Assembly: GCA_963792585.1 (NCBI GenBank) | Contig: CAWBWI010000006.1 | Span: 64,001-128,000, forward strand | Direction: 5' to 3' | From: Candidatus Eiseniibacteriota bacterium | GTDB taxonomy: Bacteria; Eisenbacteria; RBG-16-71-46; CAIMUX01; VGJL01 | DNA: 64,000 nt | Part shown: in pieces, positions 28,628-40,004 of the stretch | Numbering within the stretch: the first letter of the stretch is position 1 | Layout: each line of letters begins with the position of its first letter | The notes under the pieces: generated by a model | What the model saw: the letters and a program-made list of their open reading frames with translations, nothing else | What the model was told of the DNA's origin: nothing | Databases searched by the model: none | Program-made: the position numbers and the translations under genes

Positions 28628-29572
28628 TCAACTGTCAAGGCGACCCGGCGCGCTGAACAGCCGCTGACGCACCAATGTCCAGAACCCGGGACGATGCTTG
28701 TTCATGAGACGCACCGCGGCAGCCGTCCTAGGGGTCCAAGGACAGCGCGTGTGGCGGATCCGGCCGAGTCGGAGCAATCCGTCCATCACTCCCCTCAACC
28801 ACCAGGTCATGTGACCGTCACGGAGTGCGTAGATGCTCATGGATCCCAATCCTATTGCCAGGTAACGCGCCGCATATAGGGCCGGCATATTGCGAGTCGC
28901 GAGCCAGATTTGGTTGCGGGTATTATAGTAGTAGAAGCGCCATGGCTCTCTAGATTGCGACGCGCGCTTATGCCGGACTGCGATGCTGCCGTCGTACGCG
29001 ACACGATATCCAGCGTTCATGAGCCTGAAGGCGAGATCGGGCCCCTCGTGGCTGATGAAATACTCCTCATAGTAACCGCCTGTAACACGCAGTGCAGACA
29101 ATCGGAATGCGACAGCACCCTCAGTGATTTCGTAGGTGTCAAAGCAGGAGGTGGCGTCGGCGATTGCACGATGATGGACCCAATTACATGTCCTGTTGGT
29201 AAAGTGATCAACTACATGGAAATTCAGTGCGCCAAGAGATGGGTCGTTTCGAAATGAATCACACACGTGCTCAATCGCTGTAGTATCTATTCCCAGAATG
29301 TTGTCGTCTATTGTGATGACAAATTCGCCCCGCGCCAACGCTATGCCTTCGTTGCGGGCACCAACCCCCCTGTTCTCTTCTGTTCGGTGGTAGAGTATGA
29401 ATGGGTAGTCACCCCTGATCATGTCGTCAGTGCCGTCGCTACTGCAATTGTCGATGACAATGACCTCCAGTACGTGACCGATCACGTTGGTCAATTCGTC
29501 GAGGAGGGTCCGCAGGATCTCCCGCCGATTGAAGGTCACGACTACAATAGACGTGGGAGTCGGGGTGGTCAT
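28628..29572 (-). CDS. GT2 glycosyltransferase
   Basis: SIVVVTFNR, VIDNCSSDGT, ARNEG, TIDD. Confidence 0.9.
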   Translation of the reverse strand: MTTPTPTSIVVVTFNRREILRTLLDELTNVIGHVLEVIVIDNCSSDGTDDMIRGDYPFILYHRTEENRGVGARNEGIALARGEFVITIDDNILGIDTTAIEHVCDSFRNDPSLGALNFHVVDHFTNRTCNWVHHRAIADATSCFDTYEITEGAVAFRLSALRVTGGYYEEYFISHEGPDLAFRLMNAGYRVAYDGSIAVRHKRASQSREPWRFYYYNTRNQIWLATRNMPALYAARYLAIGLGSMSIYALRDGHMTWWLRGVMDGLLRLGRIRHTRCPWTPRTAAAVRLMNKHRPGFWTLVRQRLFSAPGRLDS

Positions 29573-30216
29573 TGCCGAATCTTACCGCCGAGCCCCAAAG
29601 TCCGGGCGGTGATGATTCGCTTGACCCCATGCATCGGGCAAGAACGCCTATCTTCTTGTTCCTGATTGGGCGTCCTGGACTGGCAGTTGTCCTGGCGTCG
29701 CCATCCACGACCTTGCTGATCGTTGATCGGGGCCTCCGCCGAGCACTCGGGGCGAGCCCTTCGGATCCGGAAAGACAGCTCAACTCTCTCGTGAACTTGG
29801 CAGCCTTTGAGTTTCATGCCCACGTCGTCCACCTTACATGGAATAGCCAGCCAAGAAGAGGCGCATACCGAGTCCGGTCAGCCGTCTCCCGTCCCCTTCA
29901 TAAGTTCTCGCGAAAGTTGCATGATCAGCATCCTCGGATGTTTGTCTTTCCTACCACCTAAAGTCGGATAAGTAGACGATGTCAGACGAGGGAGACCCTG
30001 ACAAGCGTAGTCAGCTCGCCTCGAACGCGTCCGGCCGAACACAAAGTTCCTACGGTGGTCGCAGCCATCGTTGATGACACTCCCACACCTTCCAGATGAA
30101 GTCAGGTCCGCCGCCTACAAGCATCCATACGCCTATCATCAACTCCCCGGGTCGTTCCAGACTTGTCTACCTTTGACTGTCCAGCGATAATTGAAAGACC
30201 AGCACGCCTTCGCAAG

Positions 30217-31713
30217 TCATGGCGTTTGGGTCCCGACATTAACCAGCGATTTCGAGTGCCGATCCACGAAGAGTCGCCAGATCGTCGTACCCAACGCAGC
30301 ATACACATACCAAGTATACCTCATGAAACTGTGACCAAATATGCCAGTAATGAGCAGTGCGAAGATCCCCGCGGACAACCCTTGCAGAACCGTAGTCTCA
30401 AACTGCCAATCCGCGCCTGCACTTCTCAGCTCCCGGACAGCTTTGCGATTCACGCGCAGTGCTTCGAATAGGAACCCGAAGAACGCTAACCCGCCAATTA
30501 GACCCACCTCCGCGGGCACCTGCACATAGAGACTGTGGGCCTCAAGATAGCTCTCCTGACCCTCCGAAGAGTAGCCCAAGGCATTGGCGGTGCCGAAGCA
30601 ATCAATCCCCACTCCCGTAAGAGGGCGATCGAGTATCATCCGCACGCCTTTTTCCCATGCTGTGATCCGCCCCCGAGATGAGCCATCAAGTTGAGATTGT
30701 CCTATCGTAGCGTAACGGGTCTTGTACTGCTGCGGTAGGAAGACAAAACCACCCCCGAGAATGGCTACGCCGAGAAGTCCGACAAGGAGGCGGTGGCGAA
30801 CGCGCCACCACACGAATAGCAGTCCGCCGAAGAAACCTAGCAGGCCGGATCGAGATCCCGTTAGCGACATGGTGACAGTGAGGAGAAGAGCGCCGGCGAA
30901 TGAGAGATGCCGGAGCCAGCGCAGTGGTTTATAAAACGCAAGGAGCAAGAGAAGTGGAATCGTCGCGGCCATTGTTGCCGCCAAGTGATTTGGGTCCCCT
31001 CCGGCTTCAGTCTGGCCCAAGGCGCGTTCAATTCCCATTCGAACAATATAGGATCCAGTGAAGTAGGCTCTGACCGAGTCGAGGGCGATGTAACCGATCA
31101 AGACAAGGAATGCCGTCAGATAGATCCGGAGTCGGAAGCGCGTATCGAGAAGATGAATCGTAAGAAGGTACCAAGCAATTAGCTTCAAGAAGTCAATGAG
31201 CCCATTCATCGCGTGGGATCGCCAGTAGGCGAAGGGGACTGAGATAAGAACTGCAATGAGAACCAAGATCAGGAGCCGGGTCTGTCGCGTTCCATCCAAG
31301 ACAAAAGTGCGTGTTGCGCGATAGTGCTCCAGATACATTCCTGCCAAGGCCAATACCCCCACGACGCGCTCTACATGTAGCACGCTCAGCATGGGATATC
31401 TCTCGCCTGGGCGAAGCATGTATAGGACTGTGTAAAGAAGAAATCCCACAAAGGGTCTGGTCAGGGTGATGTACATGGCTAACGCGCAGACGGCAGCGCC
31501 GATAACGAGGAGCGGAGGAAGACGGACTATGATGACTCCTGCCACGATGCTGGCGAAGAGGGAAGCCAGGGCGTAGCCTACGCGACGTCGGGTTACTGGT
31601 TTGCCGGATCCACGACGCTTCTGTGGCCCGTTCGGGGGGGAGAGACGCCGGGTGGAATTCGGCGAATCAGGCATTTGCAGCCGAGCGAGAGGATGGCCGG
31701 AACTGCTCAACAT
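30217..31713 (-). CDS. O-antigen ligase / Wzy-like polymerase
   Basis: Multi-TM; DPNHLA, TGSRSG, R..AW..G, PLTGVG, AHSLYVQVPAEVG. Confidence 0.9.
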   Translation of the reverse strand: MLSSSGHPLARLQMPDSPNSTRRLSPPNGPQKRRGSGKPVTRRRVGYALASLFASIVAGVIIVRLPPLLVIGAAVCALAMYITLTRPFVGFLLYTVLYMLRPGERYPMLSVLHVERVVGVLALAGMYLEHYRATRTFVLDGTRQTRLLILVLIAVLISVPFAYWRSHAMNGLIDFLKLIAWYLLTIHLLDTRFRLRIYLTAFLVLIGYIALDSVRAYFTGSYIVRMGIERALGQTEAGGDPNHLAATMAATIPLLLLLAFYKPLRWLRHLSFAGALLLTVTMSLTGSRSGLLGFFGGLLFVWWRVRHRLLVGLLGVAILGGGFVFLPQQYKTRYATIGQSQLDGSSRGRITAWEKGVRMILDRPLTGVGIDCFGTANALGYSSEGQESYLEAHSLYVQVPAEVGLIGGLAFFGFLFEALRVNRKAVRELRSAGADWQFETTVLQGLSAGIFALLITGIFGHSFMRYTWYVYAALGTTIWRLFVDRHSKSLVNVGTQTP

Positions 31714-32329
31714 CTCCAGGCAAGTCGTTCAGGGTGCCGTGACCGGAACTAGGCAATCGTCTATGCTCACTCAGTGGAGTTGTTCGAGCTCCATGCGCGC
31801 AGGTTCTAATCACAGGACCCTGCCTCCTTCTGCAGACACAGTATTATGGCGCGGCTCGTGATGGAAAGAAAATCCAGGCGTCTTCGCCCTAGCGTTTGAC
31901 CCTTCCATGTTTGCCTGCCTCGCGTGAGCTAGCTGATTGGGCCAGGGCAACGAGGTGGCTGGATCTGGGAATCTGGAAAGGATTTCAGGGGAACTGGCCG
32001 ACGATGTCGGCACGAAGATGGATCCAGGATGCTCCTGTGTGGAATCGCATGGAGGCAGTGGACTACATGGCCGGCGACCGCCGGCTCTGCCAAGAGGCGC
32101 GATTATGGAACACGTAACACCTCTTAGCAAGTGCCGACTCCCCCTCTTTCTCGCCCAGGGGTCCACGGCAGCGAAAGTGCGCTCTCAATATCACGCACGC
32201 ACAGCGAAGTGCTTCTGATAGGCCTTCTCTCGATGGAGTGGCCTGAGTCGACGCAGCCCGGAGAGATCCCGGGTTCCTGGACAGGCCACACCGCAATAAT
32301 GGCGGTTGGTGTTGTATCGGCCTCAATCT

Positions 32330-33310
32330 TCACAAGTACTCCACATCCCCATGCGTCAGGAAGACCCGCTCGAGGCCCTTCCACCCGACTCGTAGCGCCC
32401 CTCTAGATCCGTCTCGCACTAGTAAGGGATAGCCATTACCCCTGCGAAGCGGATTGATCACAAACCGGTGTCGCGCCGCTGCGGGTGTGGCGTTCCACAT
32501 CACCGCTCGCGCACCCGGATAGTACCTGAGTAGCGATGCCACCAGGGGATCCAAGTCGTAGTCGAATGGGTCCGCGCTGAGCACGTCCAACACGAGTATA
32601 CGTCTCGAGGATTCATCACGACGCACTATCAGTGCTCGTTTGACATGACTCCCATCCAAGAGAGCCCAGCACTCGTACCGCTGCAAGGGGCTGTGCACGT
32701 ATCTCCACTCGAGGTACTCCGGCGAACGTTCCACCCAGATTCGGCCCGCTGGCGGCGCAGGGTGAAAGTCGTGTTTCTGCAGCAACGTGGCAGGGTCGGT
32801 GCGAAGCACGTCACTGCGTCGCGGTGAGGGAGCGCGGGCTGCCGTCACCAGATAGAGAAGCGAATCGGGTCCCACCAAGCGTCGACAACCAAGCTGGCAG
32901 ACAGCATCCTGCAGCAAGCCGGCCACTCGCCAACCTCGGCTGAGGAAGCCTGGCCGAGAAGCATCGTTGGCAAAATTGAAGAAGTAGTCGATTCCAATGA
33001 ATGTCTCGAGTGCGTAATCTAGCAGTCGCCCGAAGATGCCGCGTCCCCGGTACCCAGGGTCGACCACCGGATCGATATCGCGGGCGCCCGTCACGACTCT
33101 ATCATTGGCGATTACTCGCTTGGGGATCGCGGCATAAAAACCGATGACCCGTTCCCCATCGCAACAAACCACCCCCAACGACCTACCGCCAGGGCACTCC
33201 TCGTGAAGCCAATTGAAGCGCGCAGCGCTGAAGCTTGGATCGTGCCCACGGCGCAGTAGAGCAAGGCAAGATTCCTTGTCGGAGGATGTATAGGCGCGCA
33301 CGTTCAGCAT
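32330..33310 (-). CDS. GNAT-family acetyltransferase
   Basis: VDPGYRGRGIFGRL acetyl-CoA motif, NFAN, RSPEYLEWRY. Confidence 0.82.
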   Translation of the reverse strand: MLNVRAYTSSDKESCLALLRRGHDPSFSAARFNWLHEECPGGRSLGVVCCDGERVIGFYAAIPKRVIANDRVVTGARDIDPVVDPGYRGRGIFGRLLDYALETFIGIDYFFNFANDASRPGFLSRGWRVAGLLQDAVCQLGCRRLVGPDSLLYLVTAARAPSPRRSDVLRTDPATLLQKHDFHPAPPAGRIWVERSPEYLEWRYVHSPLQRYECWALLDGSHVKRALIVRRDESSRRILVLDVLSADPFDYDLDPLVASLLRYYPGARAVMWNATPAAARHRFVINPLRRGNGYPLLVRDGSRGALRVGWKGLERVFLTHGDVEYL

Positions 33311-33354
33311 CGTGCTTCCCGATGTTCTTCGTCGTGTGTTCCGATCATTTGCTG

Positions 33355-34242
33355 CTAGTCCCAACTTCCGTGCAGGAGGCGTGCCAGTCTGAGCCACGGG
33401 AATTGATCGTGGGGCCGGGAGTGGAATGCGCGCCGGAAGTCCTGCAGCGCCCCACGCAGGTTACCATGCTCCAGGCGGAGACGTCCCCGCTGGGCGTAGT
33501 TAAGTGTCCACGCGGCGCATGCTTGGTCAGGTGTTACAAAGTCTGGATACCGTTTGAGGAAGCGCCCCAAGAGATTCAGCACGTTTGCATAACGCTCTTC
33601 CTGGCGGTGCGACATCTGCCCGCTCCAGATACGGTATCGGGCTAGTGGTTTGGGCACGTACATGAACTCGTAGCGAGTTGAGACCCGTAACCAAAGGTCG
33701 TAGTCAATTCCCATGCTTAGGGACTCGTCGAAGCCTCCGAACTCTTCGGCCACCAGCCGTGGCAGCAGTGAGGTATTGAAGGTGACGAAATTCGTCATCA
33801 GGAGGCGTGAGGTGATCTGGCCACCGTATCGGTGCACCGGCGGCGTCGGCAGCGGCCGCCCCTCTCCGTCCATCAGGGCGATGTCGCCGTAGATCACACC
33901 CGCGAGAGGGTTAGCTTGCAGCAAGGGGACCTGATGCGACAGTTTTCCTGGCAACCATGCGTTGTCGGCGTCGCAGAAGCCGACGTACTCACCTCGGGCA
34001 GCACGCAGGCCGGTGTTCTTGGCCGCAGTCTGCCCGCTGTTAGTCTGGCGGATTACCCGGACACGCGGGTCACCCACATAGGCCTCGAGCACCTGGGGCG
34101 TGTCGTCGGTCGAACCGTCGTCGATTATGATGACGTCAATCGCGGGCCAGTCTTGGGCAAGCACAGAATCCACGGCCTCCCCTAGATACCGGCCCATGTT
34201 GTAACTGGCGGTGATGACAGAGACGAGGGGAACCTGGGTCAT
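33355..34242 (-). CDS. GT2 glycosyltransferase
   Basis: VSVITASYN, IDDGSTD, FCDADN, DYDLWLR. Confidence 0.93.
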   Translation of the reverse strand: MTQVPLVSVITASYNMGRYLGEAVDSVLAQDWPAIDVIIIDDGSTDDTPQVLEAYVGDPRVRVIRQTNSGQTAAKNTGLRAARGEYVGFCDADNAWLPGKLSHQVPLLQANPLAGVIYGDIALMDGEGRPLPTPPVHRYGGQITSRLLMTNFVTFNTSLLPRLVAEEFGGFDESLSMGIDYDLWLRVSTRYEFMYVPKPLARYRIWSGQMSHRQEERYANVLNLLGRFLKRYPDFVTPDQACAAWTLNYAQRGRLRLEHGNLRGALQDFRRAFHSRPHDQFPWLRLARLLHGSWD

Positions 34243-34269
34243 GGGTTACCTCTCAAGCGGCGCTCCGGT

Positions 34270-35322
34270 TCACGACGAAGCTGTCCAATACACTCCGCTG
34301 GGATCTGTGGCCAGACCAAGTCGGCGACGGAGGCGAAGCCACAGTATCTCTGCGCCGCATAGTGTCCAGCGGAAGGTGGTCATGTCCCCGCTCACGCTAC
34401 TACGGGGCAGGGCGTAGGCGTCCTCCGGCGAGAGCAGATTCTGATAGGCGACGAAACATCCGCTGAAGCCCGCCTCCGCCACTAGGTCGCGAACCTCCGG
34501 TGTGAAGTCGACCGATTCACCCTGGGGGTAGGAAAACCAATTCGGAATCGCTCCGGTCATCTCAGCCAGGCGATCCCGCGATCCAGCCAGCTCCCACCGG
34601 GCTCTCTCAGGCGTGACCCGTGATAGGATAGGGTGCGTGATTGTGTGCGCACCCATAAGCATACCATCCGCGGCCATGGTCCGAATCTGCTCCCAGGTAA
34701 CCGGGGCATAGTCCAAGTGAGGTTCGTTGGAGAGAGAAGCCCCAAGCACGGACGCCAGGTCATCCAGGGTCGCCTCCTTCTGTTCGTCGGCCATGAAACG
34801 GCAAAGATCCGTCACGGCATGCCATGCCGCCGTGCGGCCATCCAGGTGATGGAGGTCGAGGAGCAAGGTTTGTCCGCCAATGTCAACAGCGAGACCGCGG
34901 GCGTTTGGCGCCTGAGCCAGCATGCATTCGAGGCGGTCCCACCACAACCAGAGACCGCCGTCAACAAACCCGGTAATCACGAAGAGCATGGCCGGGATGT
35001 CGTAGTCGCGAAAAATGGGATATGCGACTTCGTAGAAATCACGGTAGCCGTCGTCGACCGTCACCACCACGGGGCAACGGCCAGGGGGTCGTAGCCGGTT
35101 ACGTGCAGCCAGAATATCGTCCGGTCGCCATCGGGCATGGTACTGCGCTAGATAGGCTGCCTGACGCCGCAGCGAGGCCGCGTCGACGAAGTGGATATTT
35201 TCGTTGAAATCGGCTATAAATCGGTGATACATTAGAGTCCGCACGGTTCGGGCAGTGAGCAGCCGGCAGGTCGCCTCAAAGCCGGGGCAGGTGAGCAAGA
35301 GCCTTTTAAGCAGCCTTTTCAT
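34270..35322 (-). CDS. polysaccharide deacetylase (NodB type)
   Basis: LMYHRF, VTVDDGYRD, GAHTITHPIL, FSYPQG. Confidence 0.9.
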   Translation of the reverse strand: MKRLLKRLLLTCPGFEATCRLLTARTVRTLMYHRFIADFNENIHFVDAASLRRQAAYLAQYHARWRPDDILAARNRLRPPGRCPVVVTVDDGYRDFYEVAYPIFRDYDIPAMLFVITGFVDGGLWLWWDRLECMLAQAPNARGLAVDIGGQTLLLDLHHLDGRTAAWHAVTDLCRFMADEQKEATLDDLASVLGASLSNEPHLDYAPVTWEQIRTMAADGMLMGAHTITHPILSRVTPERARWELAGSRDRLAEMTGAIPNWFSYPQGESVDFTPEVRDLVAEAGFSGCFVAYQNLLSPEDAYALPRSSVSGDMTTFRWTLCGAEILWLRLRRRLGLATDPSGVYWTASS

Positions 35323-35500
35323 AGGTTGATTCCGCCGCAGGGCCTCCCTCCGCGATGGCGAGCGCACGACCAATAGCGCACAGACCAGCGTGTTTACTGT
35401 AGGCAACCGCATAGGTTTTGTCGATCCCCCCTGCCATTCGACTGGCGCGGCGGGAACTGGGGGGTGTAGGTCGTTGCGCCCCATTTCCGTAACGGACTAG

Positions 35501-37215
35501 CCCGGATTTCTCACCAAGGGGAATAGCAACGGGCGGACAGATTCGTTAAAAGGGTGTTGTCTACGCACCTACAACGAATCATGAGGTCCGCCCGATGCAG
35601 ACACACTGTAACTCCGCTCAACTCGCGTTCCAACCCCTTGGTCGTCGAATCGTAGAGGCCGCTTTCGACGCGGGTCATGTGACTAGCGACGCGGGCGGCC
35701 TCCTGCTTCGAGAGATCGCTTCCACCACGCGGATGATGGAGCGGATCGCCTCCTGCTTCACCGACGCCCGTGATCCTGCCCGGGCTGAGCATTCCCTCGA
35801 CGGTCTGATTGCCCAGAGGATTTATGGCCTGGCCCTCGGCTACGAGGACCTCAACGACCACGATCAGCTCCGTCGGGATCCCCTGCTTGCCGTTCTGGTG
35901 GGCAAGACCGACCCGGATGGCCAGGATCGGGTCCGAGAGCGGGACCGGGGCTGCGCCCTGGCCGGCAAGAGCACTCTGAATCGGTTGGAGCACACTCCTC
36001 CCACCGAGCGGGATCGTTATCACCGGATCGCCTACGACTCTGGAAAGCTCGACCGATTGCTGGTGGATCTGTTCCTGGAGTCCTACGATCACGCCCCTCG
36101 ACAGATCATTCTGGATCTGGACGCTACGGATGACCCGGTGCACGGATCCCAGGAGGAGCGGTTCTTCCACGGCTACTACGGGCACTACTGCTTTCTGCCG
36201 CTCTACGCTTTCTGCGGGGAGCACCTGCTCCTGGCCCGATTGCGGCCGTCGAACATCGATGCCTCTGCGGGGACTGTCAAGGAGTTGGCGCCCATCATTC
36301 ATCAGATCTGGCAGCGGTGGCCGAGAACCCAGATCGTCTTGCGTGCGGATTCAGGCTTTGCACGGGAAGAGATCATGGTTTGGTGTGAGGAACAGGGCGT
36401 CGACTACGTCTTTGGGTTGGCGAAGAACTCTCGGTTGATCCGCAAGATTGCCCGGGAGTTGAAACGGGCCCTGAAACGCTATGGCCGGACAGGAAAGCCT
36501 GCCCGATTCTTCCGGGACTTCCTTTACCGGACCCGAGAGAGCTGGAGTCGATCTCGACGGGTGGTAGGGAAAGCGGAGCATCTGGAGAAGGGGAGCAATC
36601 CGAGATTCGTGGTGACCTCTCTTGAATCGGCACCAGCCCGGGATCTCTACGAAGCCATCTACTGCGCCCGCGGCGAGATGGAGAACCGGATCAAAGAACA
36701 ACAGCTGGATCTGTTTGCCGACCGGACGAGCGCGACCAGCATGCGGTCGAATCAGTTGCGACTCTATTTCTCGAGCTTTGCCTACGTCCTGCTGCAGTAC
36801 CTGCGGCGCGTCGGACTGCGGGGAACGGAACTGGCGCGAGCTCAGTGCGGGACGATCCGTCTGAAACTCCTGAAGATCGGCGCCCTCATCGCGGTGAGTG
36901 TCCGCCGGATCCGTTTCCGGATGGCCAGCGGCTATCCACATGCCGACCTGTTCCGCCAAGTGATGGAAAACCTACGACACGATCCGAGTCCAGGCTAATC
37001 CCCGAAGGTCCCCGAACACCAAAGATCCGCGTCGATTACGGAGACAAGGGAGGAGTCTGCCTCGGGCGGACTGGCGCACCTCCCAGGACGCCAGATTCCG
37101 GTCTCATGATCGGGAATCGAACGGCGGATGCGCGACGAGGGGCGCGAGAGAGGATCCATCGTCCTCCGGCACGCCCCTCGATCAGCTTCTTCCTACACCT
37201 GGTGAGAAATGCGGG
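35501..37215 (+). mobile_element. complete IS1380-family element
   Basis: IRs CCCGGATTTCTCACCA / TGGTGAGAAATGCGGG; CTAG duplicated at 35497-35500 and 37216-37219. Confidence 0.93.
35595..36998 (+). CDS. IS1380-family transposase
   Basis: TSDAGGLL, GYEDLNDHD, LDLDATDD, LRADSGF, YCARGEMENRIKE. Confidence 0.95.
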   Translation: MQTHCNSAQLAFQPLGRRIVEAAFDAGHVTSDAGGLLLREIASTTRMMERIASCFTDARDPARAEHSLDGLIAQRIYGLALGYEDLNDHDQLRRDPLLAVLVGKTDPDGQDRVRERDRGCALAGKSTLNRLEHTPPTERDRYHRIAYDSGKLDRLLVDLFLESYDHAPRQIILDLDATDDPVHGSQEERFFHGYYGHYCFLPLYAFCGEHLLLARLRPSNIDASAGTVKELAPIIHQIWQRWPRTQIVLRADSGFAREEIMVWCEEQGVDYVFGLAKNSRLIRKIARELKRALKRYGRTGKPARFFRDFLYRTRESWSRSRRVVGKAEHLEKGSNPRFVVTSLESAPARDLYEAIYCARGEMENRIKEQQLDLFADRTSATSMRSNQLRLYFSSFAYVLLQYLRRVGLRGTELARAQCGTIRLKLLKIGALIAVSVRRIRFRMASGYPHADLFRQVMENLRHDPSPG

Positions 37216-37262
37216 CTAGTATATCTTTCTCCGTTGATCGCTGGTTCGGTCAGAGGAGGAGG

Positions 37263-38405
37263 ATGTCGCCTTTGCGTTTGGTACTGCTGATCTCGATCGC
37301 CATGCTGATGTACGTGTACGTGGGATACCCAACACTATGCGCGATACTTGCTGTCGTTAGGCACCGCCGGGTCCGCTCGGCGGAAGGCACCCCGCGAGTC
37401 AGCATCCTGATCTCAGCTCACAATGAAGTCGCTCAGATCGCTGCGACTGTTCACAATAAACTTGGCTTGGACTATCCCCCAGACCGCTTCGAGATCATCG
37501 TGGTCTCCGACTGCTCGGACGACGGAACCGACCAAGCGGTTGCCAGTATAGCTGCCGCCGAACCGCGGGTCCGCCTGGTCCGCCAGGAGCCGCGTGGCGG
37601 AAAGACCGCGGCGTTGAACAAGGCGGTCCCAATGGCTGGCGGGGAGATTCTCGTGTTTTCCGATGCCAACTCCCTCTACGCTCCCGACTCCTTGAGGAAA
37701 CTGGTGGAGCCGTTCGCCGACCCTGACGTGGGCTATGCGACCGGCCGCATGGTCTACCGAGCGCCCGACCGCTCGCTCACAGGCGAGAGCTGCTCTGCCT
37801 ATATGCGCTACGAGAATATCTTGCGCGGTCTCGAAACTGCGATTGGGTCGGTGGTTGGAGTCGATGGTGGCATCGACGCTGTCCGGGCCGACCTCTATGT
37901 TGTTATGCGTGCGGATCAGCAGCCAGACTTCGTGCTGCCTCTCAGCGTCATAGAGCGGGGGTGGCGGGTCGTATTTGTTCCGGAAGCCAAACTCTACGAG
38001 GCGACTCTCACCAAGGCTACCGATGAATTCCGAATGCGGACCCGGGTTGTCCTGCGTGCCTGGCACGCCCTGCGCGACAAAGCTGGTCTGCTGAATCCGC
38101 TACGATATGGGCTGTTCTCATTGCAGCTTCTGTCTCACAAGTGGCTGCGGTACTTGGCCCCTGTGTTCCAGCTTGGCGCGCTCGTCAGTAACGTCGCGCT
38201 GGTGGGTCGCGGTACGACGTGGGACGCCACGGCTGCCTTCCAGGCTGCATTCTACCTACTGGCGGCGTTAGGATTCCTAGGATGCTCACTGCCGGTACCG
38301 CTAGCGTTCCCCTACTACCTCTGCCTGTTGAACGCCGCCGCTGGCACGGCGATGGTGCGATTCCTGGGCGGCCAGAAGCAGGCCACCTGGACACCTCGAA
38401 CCTGA
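37263..38405 (+). CDS. GT2 glycosyltransferase (membrane-anchored)
   Basis: YVYVGYP, SAHNE, SDCSDDGT, GKTAALN, FSDAN, SHKWLR. Confidence 0.92.
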   Translation: MSPLRLVLLISIAMLMYVYVGYPTLCAILAVVRHRRVRSAEGTPRVSILISAHNEVAQIAATVHNKLGLDYPPDRFEIIVVSDCSDDGTDQAVASIAAAEPRVRLVRQEPRGGKTAALNKAVPMAGGEILVFSDANSLYAPDSLRKLVEPFADPDVGYATGRMVYRAPDRSLTGESCSAYMRYENILRGLETAIGSVVGVDGGIDAVRADLYVVMRADQQPDFVLPLSVIERGWRVVFVPEAKLYEATLTKATDEFRMRTRVVLRAWHALRDKAGLLNPLRYGLFSLQLLSHKWLRYLAPVFQLGALVSNVALVGRGTTWDATAAFQAAFYLLAALGFLGCSLPVPLAFPYYLCLLNAAAGTAMVRFLGGQKQATWTPRT

Positions 38406-38419
38406 AAGGACGGGCCGCG

Positions 38420-39784
38420 ATGCGCCTCCCCGACTGGATGGTGGGCCGCTTGTTCGAGCCTGTCTGGGACTTCTACGAGGGTAGCGTGCGGCTGCGCACC
38501 TACCGGCAGCTCATGCGTAACCAATTCGATGCACCTGAGGCCCTCGAGGCACGGCGGCAGAAGCGTCTGAACGCCCTGGTCCGGCACGCCGCGGCGACTA
38601 GCCCCTTCCACCGACGACGTCTGGAGGCGGCGGGAATCGACCCAACCCGGGTCCGATCGATCTCTAACCTACGCGACCTGCCCCTTCTAACCAAAGTCGA
38701 CATCCGCGGGCACCTGGAGGGGATTCTCTCCGCGACCCACGGACGTGAGGACCTGTTACCAGCGAAGACGGGCGGCTCCACGGGCACGGCCCTGCAGGTC
38801 TATTGTGATCGTCGCGGCGTCGAACTGCGTGAAGGGGCCGCCCTGTTGGCCGACACATGGAGCGGCTGGCGCCTGGGCCAGCCCACGGCCGCGGTTTGGG
38901 GGAATCCGCCACGGCCCGTCACCCTGCGGAACCGACTGCGGTTGGCGTTGAAAGACCGCATCATTTTTCTCGACACGATGTGTCTCGACGAGCGGGCGGT
39001 GCGGGAGTTCGCGGCCGCCTGGCGCCGCCTGCGCCCTGGCCTGCTCTTTGGGCACGCCCACTCCCTGTACCTGCTTGCCGGAATGCTCGAGGAGATGGAC
39101 GAAGTTCTGCGGCCGCGGGGAATCGTCGCCTCCAGCATGATGCTCCTCCAGCCCGAACGCGAGGTCATCGAGCGGGTCTTCGCGCTCCCGGTGACCAACC
39201 GCTACGGTTGCGAAGAGGTCAGCCTGATCGCGTGCGAGTGCGAAAGGCACGCCGGGCTGCACATCAACGCCGAGCATGTTGTGGTCGAAGTGCTGCGCGA
39301 CGACGGCAGTCCTTGCGCTCCGGGCGAAGACGGCCGCATCGTCGTGACCGAATTGGTCAACCTTGGGATGCCGATGCTACGCTACGAAGTTGGCGACCGC
39401 GGTGTGCTACATGATCGGCTCTGTCCCTGCGGCCGTCCCCACCCCCTCCTGCGGACGGTGACAGGCCGCACTGCAGATTTCTTGGTGGCCGCCGACGGTA
39501 GCCGTGTCGCCGGCATCTCGCTCATCGAGAACACGCTGACGCGCTACTCTGGCATCGCGCAGCTGCAGATCGTGCAGGAGGAGGTCGGACGCGTCGATCT
39601 GAATGTCGTGCCAGCCGCCGGCTGGGAGGCGGCCGTTGCGGACGCTCTGGTTCGGGTGATGCGCGAGTCTCTGGGCGGCGAGCTGTCGGTGGTCCTGCAC
39701 ATCTGCGACACCATTCCCCCGGAGCCAAACGGCAAGTACCGCTTTTCCATCTGCCGTGTACCCGGCGTGCGTACCGGGGCGTGA
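38420..39784 (+). CDS. CapK / phenylacetate-CoA ligase-like adenylate-forming protein
   Basis: KTGGSTG, NRYGCEE, MPMLRYEVGD, TGR, NGKYR. Confidence 0.9.
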   Translation: MRLPDWMVGRLFEPVWDFYEGSVRLRTYRQLMRNQFDAPEALEARRQKRLNALVRHAAATSPFHRRRLEAAGIDPTRVRSISNLRDLPLLTKVDIRGHLEGILSATHGREDLLPAKTGGSTGTALQVYCDRRGVELREGAALLADTWSGWRLGQPTAAVWGNPPRPVTLRNRLRLALKDRIIFLDTMCLDERAVREFAAAWRRLRPGLLFGHAHSLYLLAGMLEEMDEVLRPRGIVASSMMLLQPEREVIERVFALPVTNRYGCEEVSLIACECERHAGLHINAEHVVVEVLRDDGSPCAPGEDGRIVVTELVNLGMPMLRYEVGDRGVLHDRLCPCGRPHPLLRTVTGRTADFLVAADGSRVAGISLIENTLTRYSGIAQLQIVQEEVGRVDLNVVPAAGWEAAVADALVRVMRESLGGELSVVLHICDTIPPEPNGKYRFSICRVPGVRTGA

Positions 39785-40004
39785 GCGACTTCCGCCACCG
39801 CCCTTGCAGGAAAACAACGGGGAAACCGGAAGGATCTCTGAGGTGGTGTCCTCGGCCGCGTCAGGGCGCCGGAGCTATGTGCCAAGGTGGACGAAATCTG
39901 TCACGACACGGTCACTCGGGCACACGCCGCGATTGACGAGCGTGGTAGCCTTCGATGTTCTGTCTTCTCGTAGTCCGAAGCGGCACTTGAGGGGGCCCGT
40001 ACAA

